This document shows positions 9,173 to 19,354 of a stretch of DNA of 64,000 bases, one piece after another. Every line of letters begins with the position of its first letter. Positions within the stretch are counted from its first letter, which is position 1. The position numbers and the translations under genes are program-made. The stretch comes from an uncultured delta proteobacterium (GTDB lineage Bacteria > Desulfobacterota > Binatia > UBA9968), in assembly GCA_963755715.1 (NCBI GenBank), contig CAVWLW010000003.1:32001-96000 (forward strand), given 5' to 3'. The notes under the pieces are model-generated. The model was given only the letters and a program-made list of their open reading frames with translations, was not told the DNA's origin and searched no databases.

Positions 9173-10497
9173 TCACCTGGAACAATCGACACAGAAGTAA
9201 CTTGCCTGCGTTCTGGAGATTTTTAGTCGACCAACGATCGGCGCGTCGGCGTGTTCTTCAAGATTGACTTTTAGACGCAGGAATCCAGGGTGAGTGCTGA
9301 TAACCAGCACCACCAAGCCGAGCGCGCTCAGGCTCATTATTTGAACGGCGGCGGGGCCGCCGAAGTAATGGGCAAGGGCGCCGGCCAACAGCGTGCCGAT
9401 CGGCACGGTCGCGCGGCTGATCAAATAAAAGCTCATGACGCGGCCGCGGATATGTCGCGGCGCACTTAGCTGCAGCAACGCCTGGTCCTGGGTCTGGTAA
9501 GTCGTCATAAAAACGCCGCTCATGAAAGCGCACGTCAAGGACAACCAAACCCAATGCGACAAGCCAAAGAAGAATACCGAGATACTGAAAACCACAGCGC
9601 CGATGACCGCCGGCAGGGCGTAAGCGTTCCGGCGCGGGATGGAAGCCACGACCAGCGCGCCCAGCAATGAGCCAATGCCAAAGGCGCTCAGTAAGAAACC
9701 TTGAAGCTGGGCGCCGCCATGTAAAACATCTTTCGCGAAGATCGGCATCATGTTGGTAAAGGGCATGCCGAGAGTGAGCGGGCCGAGCGCCAGGATCAAC
9801 TGGGTGCGAATGTTGCTGTTGGCTCTCACGTAGGCAAAGCCGCCCTTGATGCTTTGAAAAAACGACTCCCGGGCGACACGGGCCGACTCGAGGCTGCGCT
9901 CGGGGATATGCATCTGGATCGTCCAGACCGTCGCGAGCAGGAACATGGCCGCTTGGACATAATAGGAACCGTGCACACCAATGGTGGCGATCAGTAAACC
10001 TGCGAAGGCCGGTCCGACGGCGCGCGAGCTGTTGACAGCCATGGAATTGAGCGCCAGCGCATTCATGAGGTGTCTTCGCCCGGCGAGGTCATTCACCAGG
10101 ATTTGGCGCGCGGGATTCTGAAAGGCTTGCACGGTGCCGACCAGGAAGCCGGTTACGTAAACATGCCAGGGTTGGACACGATTCGTAAGACGAGCGTGGC
10201 CAGAATGAGATTGAGAACCGCATTGGTAACTTGGGCAACGATGAGTTGTGCTTTACGACCGGAGCGGTCCGCCAGCGCGCCCGCAACGATGCCGAAAAGG
10301 AAAAGCGGAATGCCGCGCATGGCGGCGGCAAGGCCCAATTGCAGGGGTGAGCTGGTAATATGGTAAATGAGATAGCCGCGGGTGATGCTGTCCATCCACT
10401 GGCCCAGGCTGGTGTCGAGCTGCCCAAGCCAAAGGAGTCGATAGTCGCGGATGCTGAGGGAATCAAAGGTATGGATTCTGCTCAGCAACCCACGCAT
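9173..10497 (-). CDS. MFS transporter (transmembrane secretion effector-like), frameshifted near 10150-10170
   Basis: ORFs 10153-10497 (RDYRLLWLGQ, GALADRSGRK) and 9173-10132 (QAFQNPARQ, RGRVMS) are consecutive parts of one MFS. Confidence 0.8.
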
Positions 10498-10665
10498 TTT
10501 TGGCCGCCAGCGTTTGCAGAAGGGTCTGTTTGCCTTTGCGTTCCTCCCGTCGGCTCCGGGTTCCTCGTTGTCATGTCGTTCCAGCTTTCTTGTGCGGGCG
10601 GGTCATCGGATGAATTGTCGAACGACTTGGAGTGGGTAGCGCAGAGAATGCGGTTCACTGTCATT

Positions 10666-12091
10666 TCAATTCTTCCTACTGCCCCTTACGGCGGAGAAGA
10701 GAATGGAAAACAAGGTGAAAAAGTTAATGATATGAACGGTGTGATTGAAGGTTTGCATGAAGGCGTCCGGAAAAACTCCCCAGCTCTGCGGAAATTCGAT
10801 TTGAGATCGCGTTAACCCGGCAACGGTTAAGCCATAAGTGAAGAGAGTTGTGGAAAGCGCGACACCACAAGACGCGCCAAGACGACCGGTCGTAATCGCC
10901 ATGCCGGCAGCCGCTCCAACCTTGTCTCGGGGTGCTGATCCGAGAATCGCGTTCTGGTTCGGTGTATTGAAAATGGCGATGCCAAGCCCGGAAAGCGCTA
11001 GCGGAAGCATGATTCTCGGTATCGAAGCGCTGCGGGTGAGAGAGGCGATGAAGAATTGTCCCAGGACGATCACACTCGTGCCGATCGTACAGAGGAAGCG
11101 CGAGCCAAATCGATCAGAGAGTCGACCGGCCAGCGGTGCAACCATGCACGATCACAACCGAGTTGGCGATGATGATCCAGCCCATTTTGGAAGGAGAAAA
11201 GCCCATGATGCTCTGCAGGTAAAAGGGCATGAGAAATTGAATGGCTGCCTGCGATGAGGTGATGAAGAACAGACTTAAATTGGCGAAAGTGAATAACCGG
11301 CTGCGGAATAGCGAAAGGCTCAGAATAGGAACTTCAACGCGTAGTTCGGTCAGGATTAAAAGAAACAATCCAGTGAACGAAAGCACAAGGAGTGAGATGG
11401 ACGTGAGGTTGAGTCCCTCGTGGGGGAGGTCTCGTATCGTGTAAAGAAAAAGCGTGTTCGTCGCGAGCAACAGGAAGGCTCCGACGAAATCAATCTTGGC
11501 GCCTTCCTTTTCGTCTCCGCCGGTTTCCTCCATCGTCTTCCATGCTAGGTAAGCCCCAAGCATTCCGACCGGTAGATTAATGTAAAATATCCAACGCCAG
11601 CCGAGCGTATCGATCAGGAAACCCCCCAGAGTGGGCCCGGTAAGGAAACCGGTATGCAGCGCTACCGAGGTATAACCCAGCGCTTTTCCCCGCTCTTCCG
11701 GTGGAAAAACCGTTGAAACGATAGCTCTCCCATTGGCGGTCAACATGGCGCCGCCAATCGCCTGCAAGCATCTAAACAGAATGAGCTGCGCTGGGGAGTG
11801 AGACAGACCGCATAGGGCTGAGCCGAAGATGAAAAGAAGAAAGCCGGTTATATAGATCCGCTTGCGACCAAAAAGATCGCCGACCCGTCCCACCGTTATG
11901 ACCAGACCGATGAGAGTGAGATCATAAATAAGCAGAGTCCACTGGACGGTTGTGAGGTCGGTTCCAAAAGTTCCGGTCAGGGTTGGCAATGCAACTAAAA
12001 GAACTCGTTGATCCACGGCCACCATGAACAGCCCTACACAAACATTGAAAAGAACCAAGCGGGGATTCCGAGGACGGCTGGTTTGTGTCAT
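10666..12091 (-). CDS. DHA2 (EmrB/QacA) MFS efflux transporter, frameshifted near 11140
   Basis: GRVGDLFGRKR, WRWIFYINLPVG, and downstream part AGRLSDRFGSR...PNQNAILGS. Confidence 0.85.
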
Positions 12092-12400
12092 AGGGAATTT
12101 TGAAACAAGAAACATCTTTGGATGCGGCGTACATCACACACGCTACAAGCGCTCGCGCAAACCAGCAACCGCAATTGAATACAATGAGAACACTATTTAA
12201 AGACTTAAATCCAAAAGGAGCAGGCGAACGGTTCCTAGCCGGTTTGTATTTGGCTATCCGGACGGACCGCTCTTACCGCCTTGCAGGGCTTTTTCTAAGG
12301 CGTCCATTTCCGCGCCAAAGGTGCGCCAGTCGCCTTTGTCTAGATTGCCGCCCAGCGACATGAGTTTTGGTCGGGATCTGAGGAATTTGGAGAATCGGTC

Positions 12401-12572
12401 CTAGGACGCCTTCAACTTCTCTGCGGCAATCGCGACATTAAACGCACCTGTGTCCAAATTGCTGTTTCGCGCCAGCTCGTACCCGGCGGCTTCAAGGATC
12501 ATTTTCAAATTGCCGCGGACATTACGTTGGTCATCGGCGACGAGTAAACGAATGAATCTCCGATACCGCCAT
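12401..12572 (-). pseudogene. Truncated receiver-domain remnant
   Basis: RBS AGAGGAGA then ATG; after a frameshift reads IRLLVADDQRNVRGNLKMILEAAGYEL...*, similar to the start of the 16401-17057 regulator (HILVVDDERNIRNNLAMVLEAEGY); lacks the phosphoacceptor Asp region. Confidence 0.6.
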
Positions 12573-12602
12573 CGGCATTCTCCTCTCGCTGGTCATTTGG
12601 CT

Positions 12603-12812
12603 TCATTGAGAGATCAGGAGCTCCAGCTCTCCTTCACGCCGAAGTACTTTTGCGCTCACATCATCGCCATGTCTCGTCAGATGAAGGTCGACGATCGACG
12701 CTCCGACCCGAAGGTTGGTGATCTCGATATCATTCAAGAACGGTGGCAGAGCCGGTCGAACGAGCGAAACTCGACCTCTGACGCCATCGACGTGGAGCCC
12801 GAGGGCCGCCTG
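12603..12812 (-). pseudogene. C-terminal fragment of amylo-alpha-1,6-glucosidase (glycogen debranching-type) protein
   Basis: Minus frame reads QAALGLHVDGVRGRVSLVRPALPPFLNDIEITNLRVGASIVDLHLTRHGDDVSAKVLRREGELELLISQ*; no start of its own. Confidence 0.7.
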
Positions 12813-13111
12813 AAGTGGATGTAATCGCAGTGAAAGTGGATCACATCAAACCGCGACAGATCGCGAGAGACCAGTTCCAACATGCGAACGTGATGGGGCA
12901 GCGTCTCCCGCACATCCGGATCACGCCAGAGCGCTGTGGGACAGACGGGCACGAGGTGGCCGCTTGTTCGCGAATCGCCACTGGCAAATAGAGTCACGTC
13001 ATGACCGAGCCCGACGAGTTCCTCCGTCAGCCAGGAGACCACCCGCTCCGTTCCTCCGTAAAGCTGCGGAGGCACGCTCTCATAAAGAGGCGCGACCTGC
13101 GCGATTTGCAA
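12813..13111 (-). pseudogene. N-terminal fragment of GT4 glycosyltransferase
   Basis: MQIAQVAPLYESVPPQLYGGTERVVSWLTEELVGLGHDVTLFASGDS...FDVIHFHCDY; family similarity ends abruptly at about 12813. Confidence 0.85.
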
Positions 13112-13235
13112 CCGGTCTTCGATGGGTCGCGATCAGACTTTGAATCATACAGCATAGTCCTGCACCTGTTTCCTCGATTGCCAACGTGAATAGACGGCAA
13201 TTGCATGTCATGAATTCCCGTTCACAGTTCACAGC

Positions 13236-14720
13236 TCAGTTCAAAACTCGTGGCGGCGATGAAATTTCACCGGCACTTTCTTGGCGTGCCTTCCGTGCGG
13301 CGCGCCTTTTTTTGTTCTTGACCCGAACCTGGGGCAGGCCTTTGCGGTTCTTGTGGAAATAGCAAATCTCTACCAACGAAGGCCATAATTCGATGGAGCC
13401 TTTAATCACACTGATAGCGTCGTCGACGATGCGCAGCAGGTTTTGTTGGAAGAAGTCGGGCTCGAAGCCATAAAACGCCCTCTCCAAATTTGCTGCGAAG
13501 AGCCGAAGCGACTGGGCTCGCGCGGCGTTCCTGTCGCTTTCCGCGGCCTGCATCGCACGGCGGTGCAATTCAGTGATCTTGGTAAGAATCTCTTCGGCAT
13601 CCTGAGCGGTCACCTCGGGTTCGTAATCGAACGCGATGCTCAGATCATCGAGCCGCGTAAGCGTGGACTTGATCTTCCGTTTTAGCAGATTGGACACTTC
13701 CTCATTGAAGATCTCCGCGGCCGGCGGATTGCGCATGTAGTTGCTCTTGGTGTGGTTCTGCGCGGCATCGACATGAGCGGAGCAAACGCCGTCCTGCTGG
13801 ATCCACAGACGGTAGATGTAATCCTCGAAGCGCAGCCAAGTCGGGAAGAATGGCGGCAGGCCGAAGGTGTTGTCATAACCCGCTACGCCTGAGTCCATAC
13901 GCCAGTTCTTCTTGGTCAGCACAGGACGGAAGTTCACCAGCACGTAGAACTCGGTTAGCTCGTCCAGGGTTGTTTGTTGCTCATCGGCCAGGAACATATC
14001 CACATAGTCGAGAGCGTCGATATCGTTGGTTCCGGAACGGAAGGTTTGGGCCATCTTCACAATCGCGTTGTCGGGCACCGATCCGTGCTGAAGTATTAGC
14101 GAGTTCTCCCGCGTCAGACCCTTGGTCGCGTTGGTCTCGAGATCCATGGCGGTGTCCATGAGCAATTCACCGCGCTCATAGTTGCCGGGGACCTGGGCGG
14201 CCGATTTGCCCAACACGTCGAGGAAAGAAGCGACGATGTCGAATGACTTCCGGGTGTAGCCGTTCTGACCGGCTTTATACAACCGGCCATGGCAGACCTC
14301 GTCTTCGCCGAGCGATTCAGGGCTGTCTTCCACCAAAGCGTACGGTCGCATGTCGTCATCGGAACTGAGCATTATTCCACCGAGGGTATACATGAGCGTG
14401 CAGTTGCGGTTACCGCCGTAGCTGGGCCGAAAAAGGTTCTTGACCAGAGGTTCCAGTTTCCTGTCCCTCAGCCGCTCATTGAGGAATGCGAGGAAATGCG
14501 CCTTTTCTTTCGGGCCGACATAGAAAAGGTCGTTATGGGTGCGAGTTTGTTCCAGCAGGGGATAGTACTTCTCGTGATTGGCCGGGCTGGAGTCGTCCAG
14601 GACCAGAAGCCGGACCGACTGGCCGTTGCGCCAAAAATGTTCGTCGTATTGCTTGATGGTTTCGCCGACGTCGCGGAGACGGTAAGTGGGAACAACAAAA
14701 AATAAATCTGGATCGTTCAT
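13236..14720 (-). CDS. Hypothetical 494-aa protein with GT-A-fold glycosyltransferase-like motifs
   Basis: FFVVPTYR first strand, LLVLDDS, SYGGNRN, SSDDD (DxD), RFED; long clean ORF upstream of the GT4 fragment. Confidence 0.6.
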   Translation of the reverse strand: MNDPDLFFVVPTYRLRDVGETIKQYDEHFWRNGQSVRLLVLDDSSPANHEKYYPLLEQTRTHNDLFYVGPKEKAHFLAFLNERLRDRKLEPLVKNLFRPSYGGNRNCTLMYTLGGIMLSSDDDMRPYALVEDSPESLGEDEVCHGRLYKAGQNGYTRKSFDIVASFLDVLGKSAAQVPGNYERGELLMDTAMDLETNATKGLTRENSLILQHGSVPDNAIVKMAQTFRSGTNDIDALDYVDMFLADEQQTTLDELTEFYVLVNFRPVLTKKNWRMDSGVAGYDNTFGLPPFFPTWLRFEDYIYRLWIQQDGVCSAHVDAAQNHTKSNYMRNPPAAEIFNEEVSNLLKRKIKSTLTRLDDLSIAFDYEPEVTAQDAEEILTKITELHRRAMQAAESDRNAARAQSLRLFAANLERAFYGFEPDFFQQNLLRIVDDAISVIKGSIELWPSLVEICYFHKNRKGLPQVRVKNKKRRAARKARQESAGEISSPPRVLN

Positions 14721-14866
14721 TAAAATACATGGCCTCGGATTTCTTTAAACTGAGATCAATCGTGAGCGGAAAGAAATCGAATTTGCTGAGCAGGGGGACT
14801 CTAAGCTTCTTCTCCTCAGTCACGCCCAATAAACCGCGCCAACGAGGGATAAGGTACCTTGTCCGA

Positions 14867-15505
14867 CTAGGCAACGAACACGCCCTTTAAGACCATTTTC
14901 GTTCGCTCGCGGTTTTCTTTTTCGAAGCTGGGCTCGTGTGCCGCTACCCATGTCTGGCTAAATGATTTGACGAGATCAGAAAATATTTTAGCTTGATCCT
15001 TTTGGGTGATTTCAAACTTCGCGCGCGCCACGGTATCCAGGTGCGGCAATGACAGATCGATGAACGCAACGCCATCGTCAAAATTGCCGTTGTCCCGGGT
15101 CGGTGGGTTGATGATGATCATCGATTCGAGAACTTGATGATCGACCCATTTTACTTCCAGACCCCAGCTCTGGGCCAATTTGCTGCGCCGAATAACCTCG
15201 GCTTGCGATTCGCTATCGAGGCTGCTGTGCAGCGGACAGGGGAACATGATTCTTCGCTTGTTGTGGGCCGGAGAAGAGGAGGCGAGTCCTCTCCTTTGGC
15301 AATTGGCAAACATGCCGTCGATATCGAATCTTGAGTCGCTTAAAAGAATTATCCACACCGCTCGAGCGTCCCGAATAGAGTCGGCGACGGCAGGCGGTGG
15401 ATTCTCGCCATAATACAGCGAAACGATTTTTCCTGAGGTCACCTTCCTGGTGAGTCTAGCCAGCCAATTGATGATTCCTAAACCGCCGGTACTTTCGTCT
15501 TCCAT
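14867..15505 (-). CDS. Hypothetical 212-aa protein (possible PLD-like/DUF5919-type sensor fold)
   Basis: RBS AGGGAG; alternating alpha/beta pattern ending SFSQTWVAAHEP; fold call is tentative. Confidence 0.55.
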   Translation of the reverse strand: MEDESTGGLGIINWLARLTRKVTSGKIVSLYYGENPPPAVADSIRDARAVWIILLSDSRFDIDGMFANCQRRGLASSSPAHNKRRIMFPCPLHSSLDSESQAEVIRRSKLAQSWGLEVKWVDHQVLESMIIINPPTRDNGNFDDGVAFIDLSLPHLDTVARAKFEITQKDQAKIFSDLVKSFSQTWVAAHEPSFEKENRERTKMVLKGVFVA

Positions 15506-15557
15506 GGTCGTTGTCTCCCTTTAGGATTTAATGAGTCGTTTGTCGTCGCGCTTGTTT

Positions 15558-16389
15558 TTAGCGCCCGTCTCCATACAAATACTGCTCCGATGGCGTGACC
15601 ACGAAATAGGTTTTTACGCGCGTCACTCCGGGGATCTTTCTAATTATGTCGGCGACGATCTGCTCCAAGCCGGCAGCCACAATGATCCCTGAAACATGCA
15701 CCTCGCCGCACCGGGTTTCCACTTCGAGATTCGAAATGTCCAGACGTAAGGAAGCGATTAGCAGCGCCTCACTCTCGCGGTGATCGTCAGGTCCTTCAGG
15801 GCTTGCAAAGACTCCGGAGTCGGCCGGTATTCTTCTTTTGAGAAACCTCTGCAATCATGCGAGCGGCTGTCTCTACGGTGGTTCTGGCGGTGTTCAGCAC
15901 GAGGTCGTATCGAGTAGGATCGCGCCAATCGATCTTGAAGAGCTCCTTTATCCGTCGGGCACGGATTGTGTCCAACTCTTCGAGGAATTTTCTCGCGGCT
16001 TCCTCTGCGAGCCCTTTGCGCGCCATGACATGTTGGATCCTTGACTCCGTTGGAGTATCCAAAAAAACATTCAACACGTGACGAATGCCCGGGAAAAACT
16101 CCTGACCGGCGCGGCCGTGGTACACAATATTTCCCTCTTGCGCGAGCTCACATACCGCCGCCTGGAGCGCGATCCGATAAACCCAGCGGCTCTCAAGCCA
16201 TTGCTCCCACCAGTGATGCCGCTTTTCTTCCAGCACTTCGAAGAGCTTCGCTTCGGAGATGCCGTAGCGCTCGTTAGCTTTGACCAGCACTTCTCTGCTG
16301 ATGCAGCGATGACCCAGGATAGCGGCGACACGCTCTGCGACTGCGCGACCATCGCCGAAAGCCTCATGAGATAGGGTGATAATAGACAT
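15558..16389 (-). CDS. Cytidylate-kinase-like protein with C-terminal BON domain, frameshifted near 15820-15840
   Basis: MSIITLSHEAFGDGRAVAERVA...GNIVYHGR...WRDPTRYDLVLNT; downstream frame EVETRCGEVHVSG...IPGVTRV is BON-like. Confidence 0.8.
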
Positions 16390-16400
16390 AGGTTTATGCC

Positions 16401-17057
16401 TTATGGGTGGTCGGCCGCGTCGAGGCGTCCTAAGCGCTTCAGAGCATCGCGTGCCGGCTGAAACGTCGACTGGGCGTCAAGTGCCATGTAATAATAATGC
16501 ACGGCGTGGGATGTATGACCCTCGCTCTCGGCAAGCTCACCGAGCTGATAATGCGGCTCCGGGCGCGTAACATCGCGCATTATGGCGATTTTTAGGTATA
16601 CGCGCGCTTCCGTGTAGGATTTGCGTCCGCGGGCTAGCTCGGCGAGGTGGAGAAGCTCATCGACGGTTCCGCTCATGCCGATCTTTTGTCGTTGAAGGAT
16701 TTCTTCGCAAAGCAGCAGGATATTCTTTGGATCGAACGGCTTCTCAATGAAGTCTACAGCTCCGAGTTTCATTGCATCGACGGCTCGGCTTACAGTTCCG
16801 TAGGCAGTCAGCATGACCACCGGCATCTTGGGTCTAAGGCCTCGTAGATAGCGAAGCAGTTCCAAGCCATCCATCTTCGGCATCTGGATATCGACGAAGA
16901 CGATATCGTAGAGGCCCGCTTTAACTTGCAGCAGAGCGTCATCGCCATTGCTGGCCTTATCCACCTTGTACCCTTCGGCCTCGAGCACCATGGCGAGATT
17001 ATTGCGGATGTTGCGCTCGTCATCGACAACCAAAATGTGAACCTGCGATTGAGTCAT
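16401..17057 (-). CDS. Response regulator: receiver plus TPR-like C-terminal domain, no HTH
   Basis: ILVVDDE, VFVDIQMPKMDG, LTAYG, FIEKPF; helical tail PEPHYQLGELAESEG...YYMALDAQSTFQPARDAL; RBS AAAGGAG. Confidence 0.85.
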   Translation of the reverse strand: MTQSQVHILVVDDERNIRNNLAMVLEAEGYKVDKASNGDDALLQVKAGLYDIVFVDIQMPKMDGLELLRYLRGLRPKMPVVMLTAYGTVSRAVDAMKLGAVDFIEKPFDPKNILLLCEEILQRQKIGMSGTVDELLHLAELARGRKSYTEARVYLKIAIMRDVTRPEPHYQLGELAESEGHTSHAVHYYYMALDAQSTFQPARDALKRLGRLDAADHP

Positions 17058-17113
17058 CGGACTGCTCCTTTCATGCTGTTGCCGGACGAGATTCGCGATC
17101 TATTTGTATAGAG

Positions 17114-17129
17114 CGCATGAAACGTGCCA
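17114..17129 (-). promoter_or_regulatory. Sigma54 -24/-12 promoter driving the leftward REC-TPR operon
   Basis: Minus strand TGGCACGTTTCATGCG; GG-N10-GC spacing exact; about 60 bp upstream of ATG 17057. Confidence 0.7.
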
Positions 17130-17222
17130 TCCCGCGCATTCCAAGCTGCCGACTGCCGATCGGAAAGAGCCGTGAAATTGCAGGCAGTCCTGCTGTGGCC
17201 CAAGAGCCGCGAATCACTGCTG

Positions 17223-17267
17223 CTTGCAACTTGCAAATGTCGATCACTTGTTTCTTGCAACTTGCAA
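17223..17267. promoter_or_regulatory. Tandem palindromic enhancer-like sites CTTGCAACTTGCAA (TTGCA-N3-TGCAA) x2
   Basis: Identical 14-mers at 17223-17236 and 17254-17267, 31 bp apart, between two divergent sigma54 promoters. Confidence 0.7.
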
Positions 17268-17320
17268 CGAGCGGCTCGTTTACCTTCCTTCGAAAGCTAA
17301 CGATTTCGTAATCGAATAAC

Positions 17321-17336
17321 TGGCACTAGGGTTGCA
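17321..17336 (+). promoter_or_regulatory. Sigma54 -24/-12 promoter of the kdp operon
   Basis: TGGCACTAGGGTTGCA matches TGGCAC-N5-TTGC(A); about 40 bp upstream of the first small ORF. Confidence 0.85.
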
Positions 17337-17376
17337 CCACAGCCTAAAGCAGGACTCTACTTTTAGGAGCGATCAA

Positions 17377-17460
17377 ATGGCTGACGCTATATTCATCATC
17401 ATCTCGGTCGTGTTTTTTGTCATCTCATGGTTCTACGTCCGCGGCTGTGATCGTCTGTAA
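17377..17460 (+). CDS. 27-aa hydrophobic peptide upstream of kdpF (second small Kdp-associated peptide)
   Basis: RBS AGGAG; MADAIFIIISVVFFVISWFYVRGCDRL*. Confidence 0.7.
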   Translation: MADAIFIIISVVFFVISWFYVRGCDRL

Positions 17461-17469
17461 GGAGGAACT

Positions 17470-17559
17470 ATGGGACTGGAATATATTATTGGCTTTATCG
17501 TTTCGGTGGTTGTCTTGGTGTACTTGCTTTACGCGCTGCTATGGCCAGAGAAGTTCTAA
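17470..17559 (+). CDS. kdpF: K+-transporting ATPase subunit F
   Basis: RBS GGAGG; MGLEYIIGFIVSVVVLVYLLYALLWPEKF* with YLxYAL..PEKF signature. Confidence 0.9.
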   Translation: MGLEYIIGFIVSVVVLVYLLYALLWPEKF

Positions 17560-17631
17560 CTGAGAGCAAGAAATCGCGGCGATGCGAAACAAATTGAAAA
17601 ATATTGCATTAGTAAGAAGGCGGGAGACGTC

Positions 17632-19353
17632 ATGACGGTAAATGGATGGATTCAAATCTTACTATATATGGCGATAATTTTCGCCATAACCAAGCCGCTC
17701 GGCAGCTACATGTATCGTGTATTCGAGGGGGACCGGCAACCTTTGCCGCGCCTGTTCGGGGCGATTGAGCGGTTGCTTTACAAGCTTTGCGGCGTTGATT
17801 CGAAGCAGCAGCAAGACTGGAAGCAGTACACGCTAGCGATGCTCGTGTTCAGCGCAATCACCTTGCTGGTCACCTACGGCATCGAACGGCTGCAACATAT
17901 TCTGCCGCTCAATCCGCAAAATTTTCCACCGGTCGCCCCGGACTTGGCGTTTAACACGGCGGCGAGCTTTACGACGAATACCAACTGGCAGGCGTATACA
18001 GGCGAGTCGACGATGAGCTACCTGACGCAGATGGCCGGACTCGCCTGGCATAATTTCATGTCCGCCGCTGTCGGCATCGGCATAGCGCTCGCGTTGGCGC
18101 GCGGTATCACCTACCGCTTGCAGGCCGGCGCGGCGAAAACACTGGGCAATTTCTGGGTCGACCTCGTGCGCGCCACAGTGTACGTCTTGATTCCTATCTC
18201 TATCCCGGTCGCATTGCTGCTGGTGTCTCAGGGAGTCATTCAAAACTTTTCGTCATATGTCGACATAACGACACTGGAGGGCGTCAAGCAAACCTTGGCG
18301 ATGGGGCCGGTGGCATCGCAGGAAATCATCAAGGAACTTGGGACTAACGGCGGCGGATTTTTCAACGCCAACAGTGCCCATCCATTCGAAAGCGCTACTC
18401 CGCTGACCAACTTCATCGAAATGCTGCTGATTTTTTCCATTCCAGCCGCGATGACCTACACGTACGGCCGCATGGCGCGGGACCAGAAACAGGGATGGGT
18501 GCTGTTCGCCGCGATGGCGCTTATTTTCGTCGTCGGTGTCTGGGTTGCGTACTCCAGCGAAGCGCAAGGCAATCCACTCATGCGCGGTATGGCGGTCGAT
18601 CAAGGCGCAGGCAACTGGGAGGGGAAAGAAGCGCGTTTCGGTATCGCCAACTCTGCGCTGTTTGCCACTGTCACCACGGCAACTTCGTGCGGCGCGGTCA
18701 ATTCGATGCACGATAGTTTCACCGCGCTCGGCGGGCTCGTTCCGCTCGCCAACATTCAACTCGGCGAATTGGTTTTCGGCGGCGTCGGCGCGGGACTCTA
18801 CGCGATGCTGATTTACGTCATCCTGTCAGTTTTTATCGCGGGGCTGATGGTCGGACGCACGCCGGAATATCTCGGCAAAAAGATCGAATCGCGGGAGATC
18901 AAACTCTCGATGCTCTACGTGCTGATCTTCCCGCTGTTGATCCTTTATTACGCCGGCTGGTCGCTGGTCGCGCCGTACGGCGTTTCATCTCTAAACAACG
19001 CCGGCCCGCACGGCCTCAGTGAAATTCTCTACGCTTATAGCAGCGCCGCGGGCAACAATGGTTCCGCCTTCGCCGGCCTGAACGCAAACACGCTCTGGTT
19101 TAACGTGAGTCTCGGTTTGACGATGCTCGCTGGGCGTTTCTTGATGATCATTCCCGCGATGGCGGTGGCCGGCTCGCTCGTTGGTAAAAAAGCGGTGCCG
19201 GAAAGCTTGGGCACCTTCCCGACCAACGGATCGCTTTTCGTCGTGCTGCTCGTCGGCGTCATCATCATCGTCGGGGCGTTGACTTTCTTCCCCGCGCTCG
19301 CGCTCGGTCCGATCGTCGAACATTTTTTGGCTCAAGCAGGAAAGGTTTACTAA
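17632..19353 (+). CDS. kdpA: K+-transporting ATPase subunit A
   Basis: [37 protein letters not shown]. Confidence 0.97.
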   Translation: MTVNGWIQILLYMAIIFAITKPLGSYMYRVFEGDRQPLPRLFGAIERLLYKLCGVDSKQQQDWKQYTLAMLVFSAITLLVTYGIERLQHILPLNPQNFPPVAPDLAFNTAASFTTNTNWQAYTGESTMSYLTQMAGLAWHNFMSAAVGIGIALALARGITYRLQAGAAKTLGNFWVDLVRATVYVLIPISIPVALLLVSQGVIQNFSSYVDITTLEGVKQTLAMGPVASQEIIKELGTNGGGFFNANSAHPFESATPLTNFIEMLLIFSIPAAMTYTYGRMARDQKQGWVLFAAMALIFVVGVWVAYSSEAQGNPLMRGMAVDQGAGNWEGKEARFGIANSALFATVTTATSCGAVNSMHDSFTALGGLVPLANIQLGELVFGGVGAGLYAMLIYVILSVFIAGLMVGRTPEYLGKKIESREIKLSMLYVLIFPLLILYYAGWSLVAPYGVSSLNNAGPHGLSEILYAYSSAAGNNGSAFAGLNANTLWFNVSLGLTMLAGRFLMIIPAMAVAGSLVGKKAVPESLGTFPTNGSLFVVLLVGVIIIVGALTFFPALALGPIVEHFLAQAGKVY

Positions 19354-19354
19354 C

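Noticed and set aside
12312-12330. Minus-strand TGGCGCACCTTTGGCG as a sigma54 promoter for the DHA2 MFS
   Set aside because: GG-N10-GC spacing only; weak match expected by chance in GC-rich DNA
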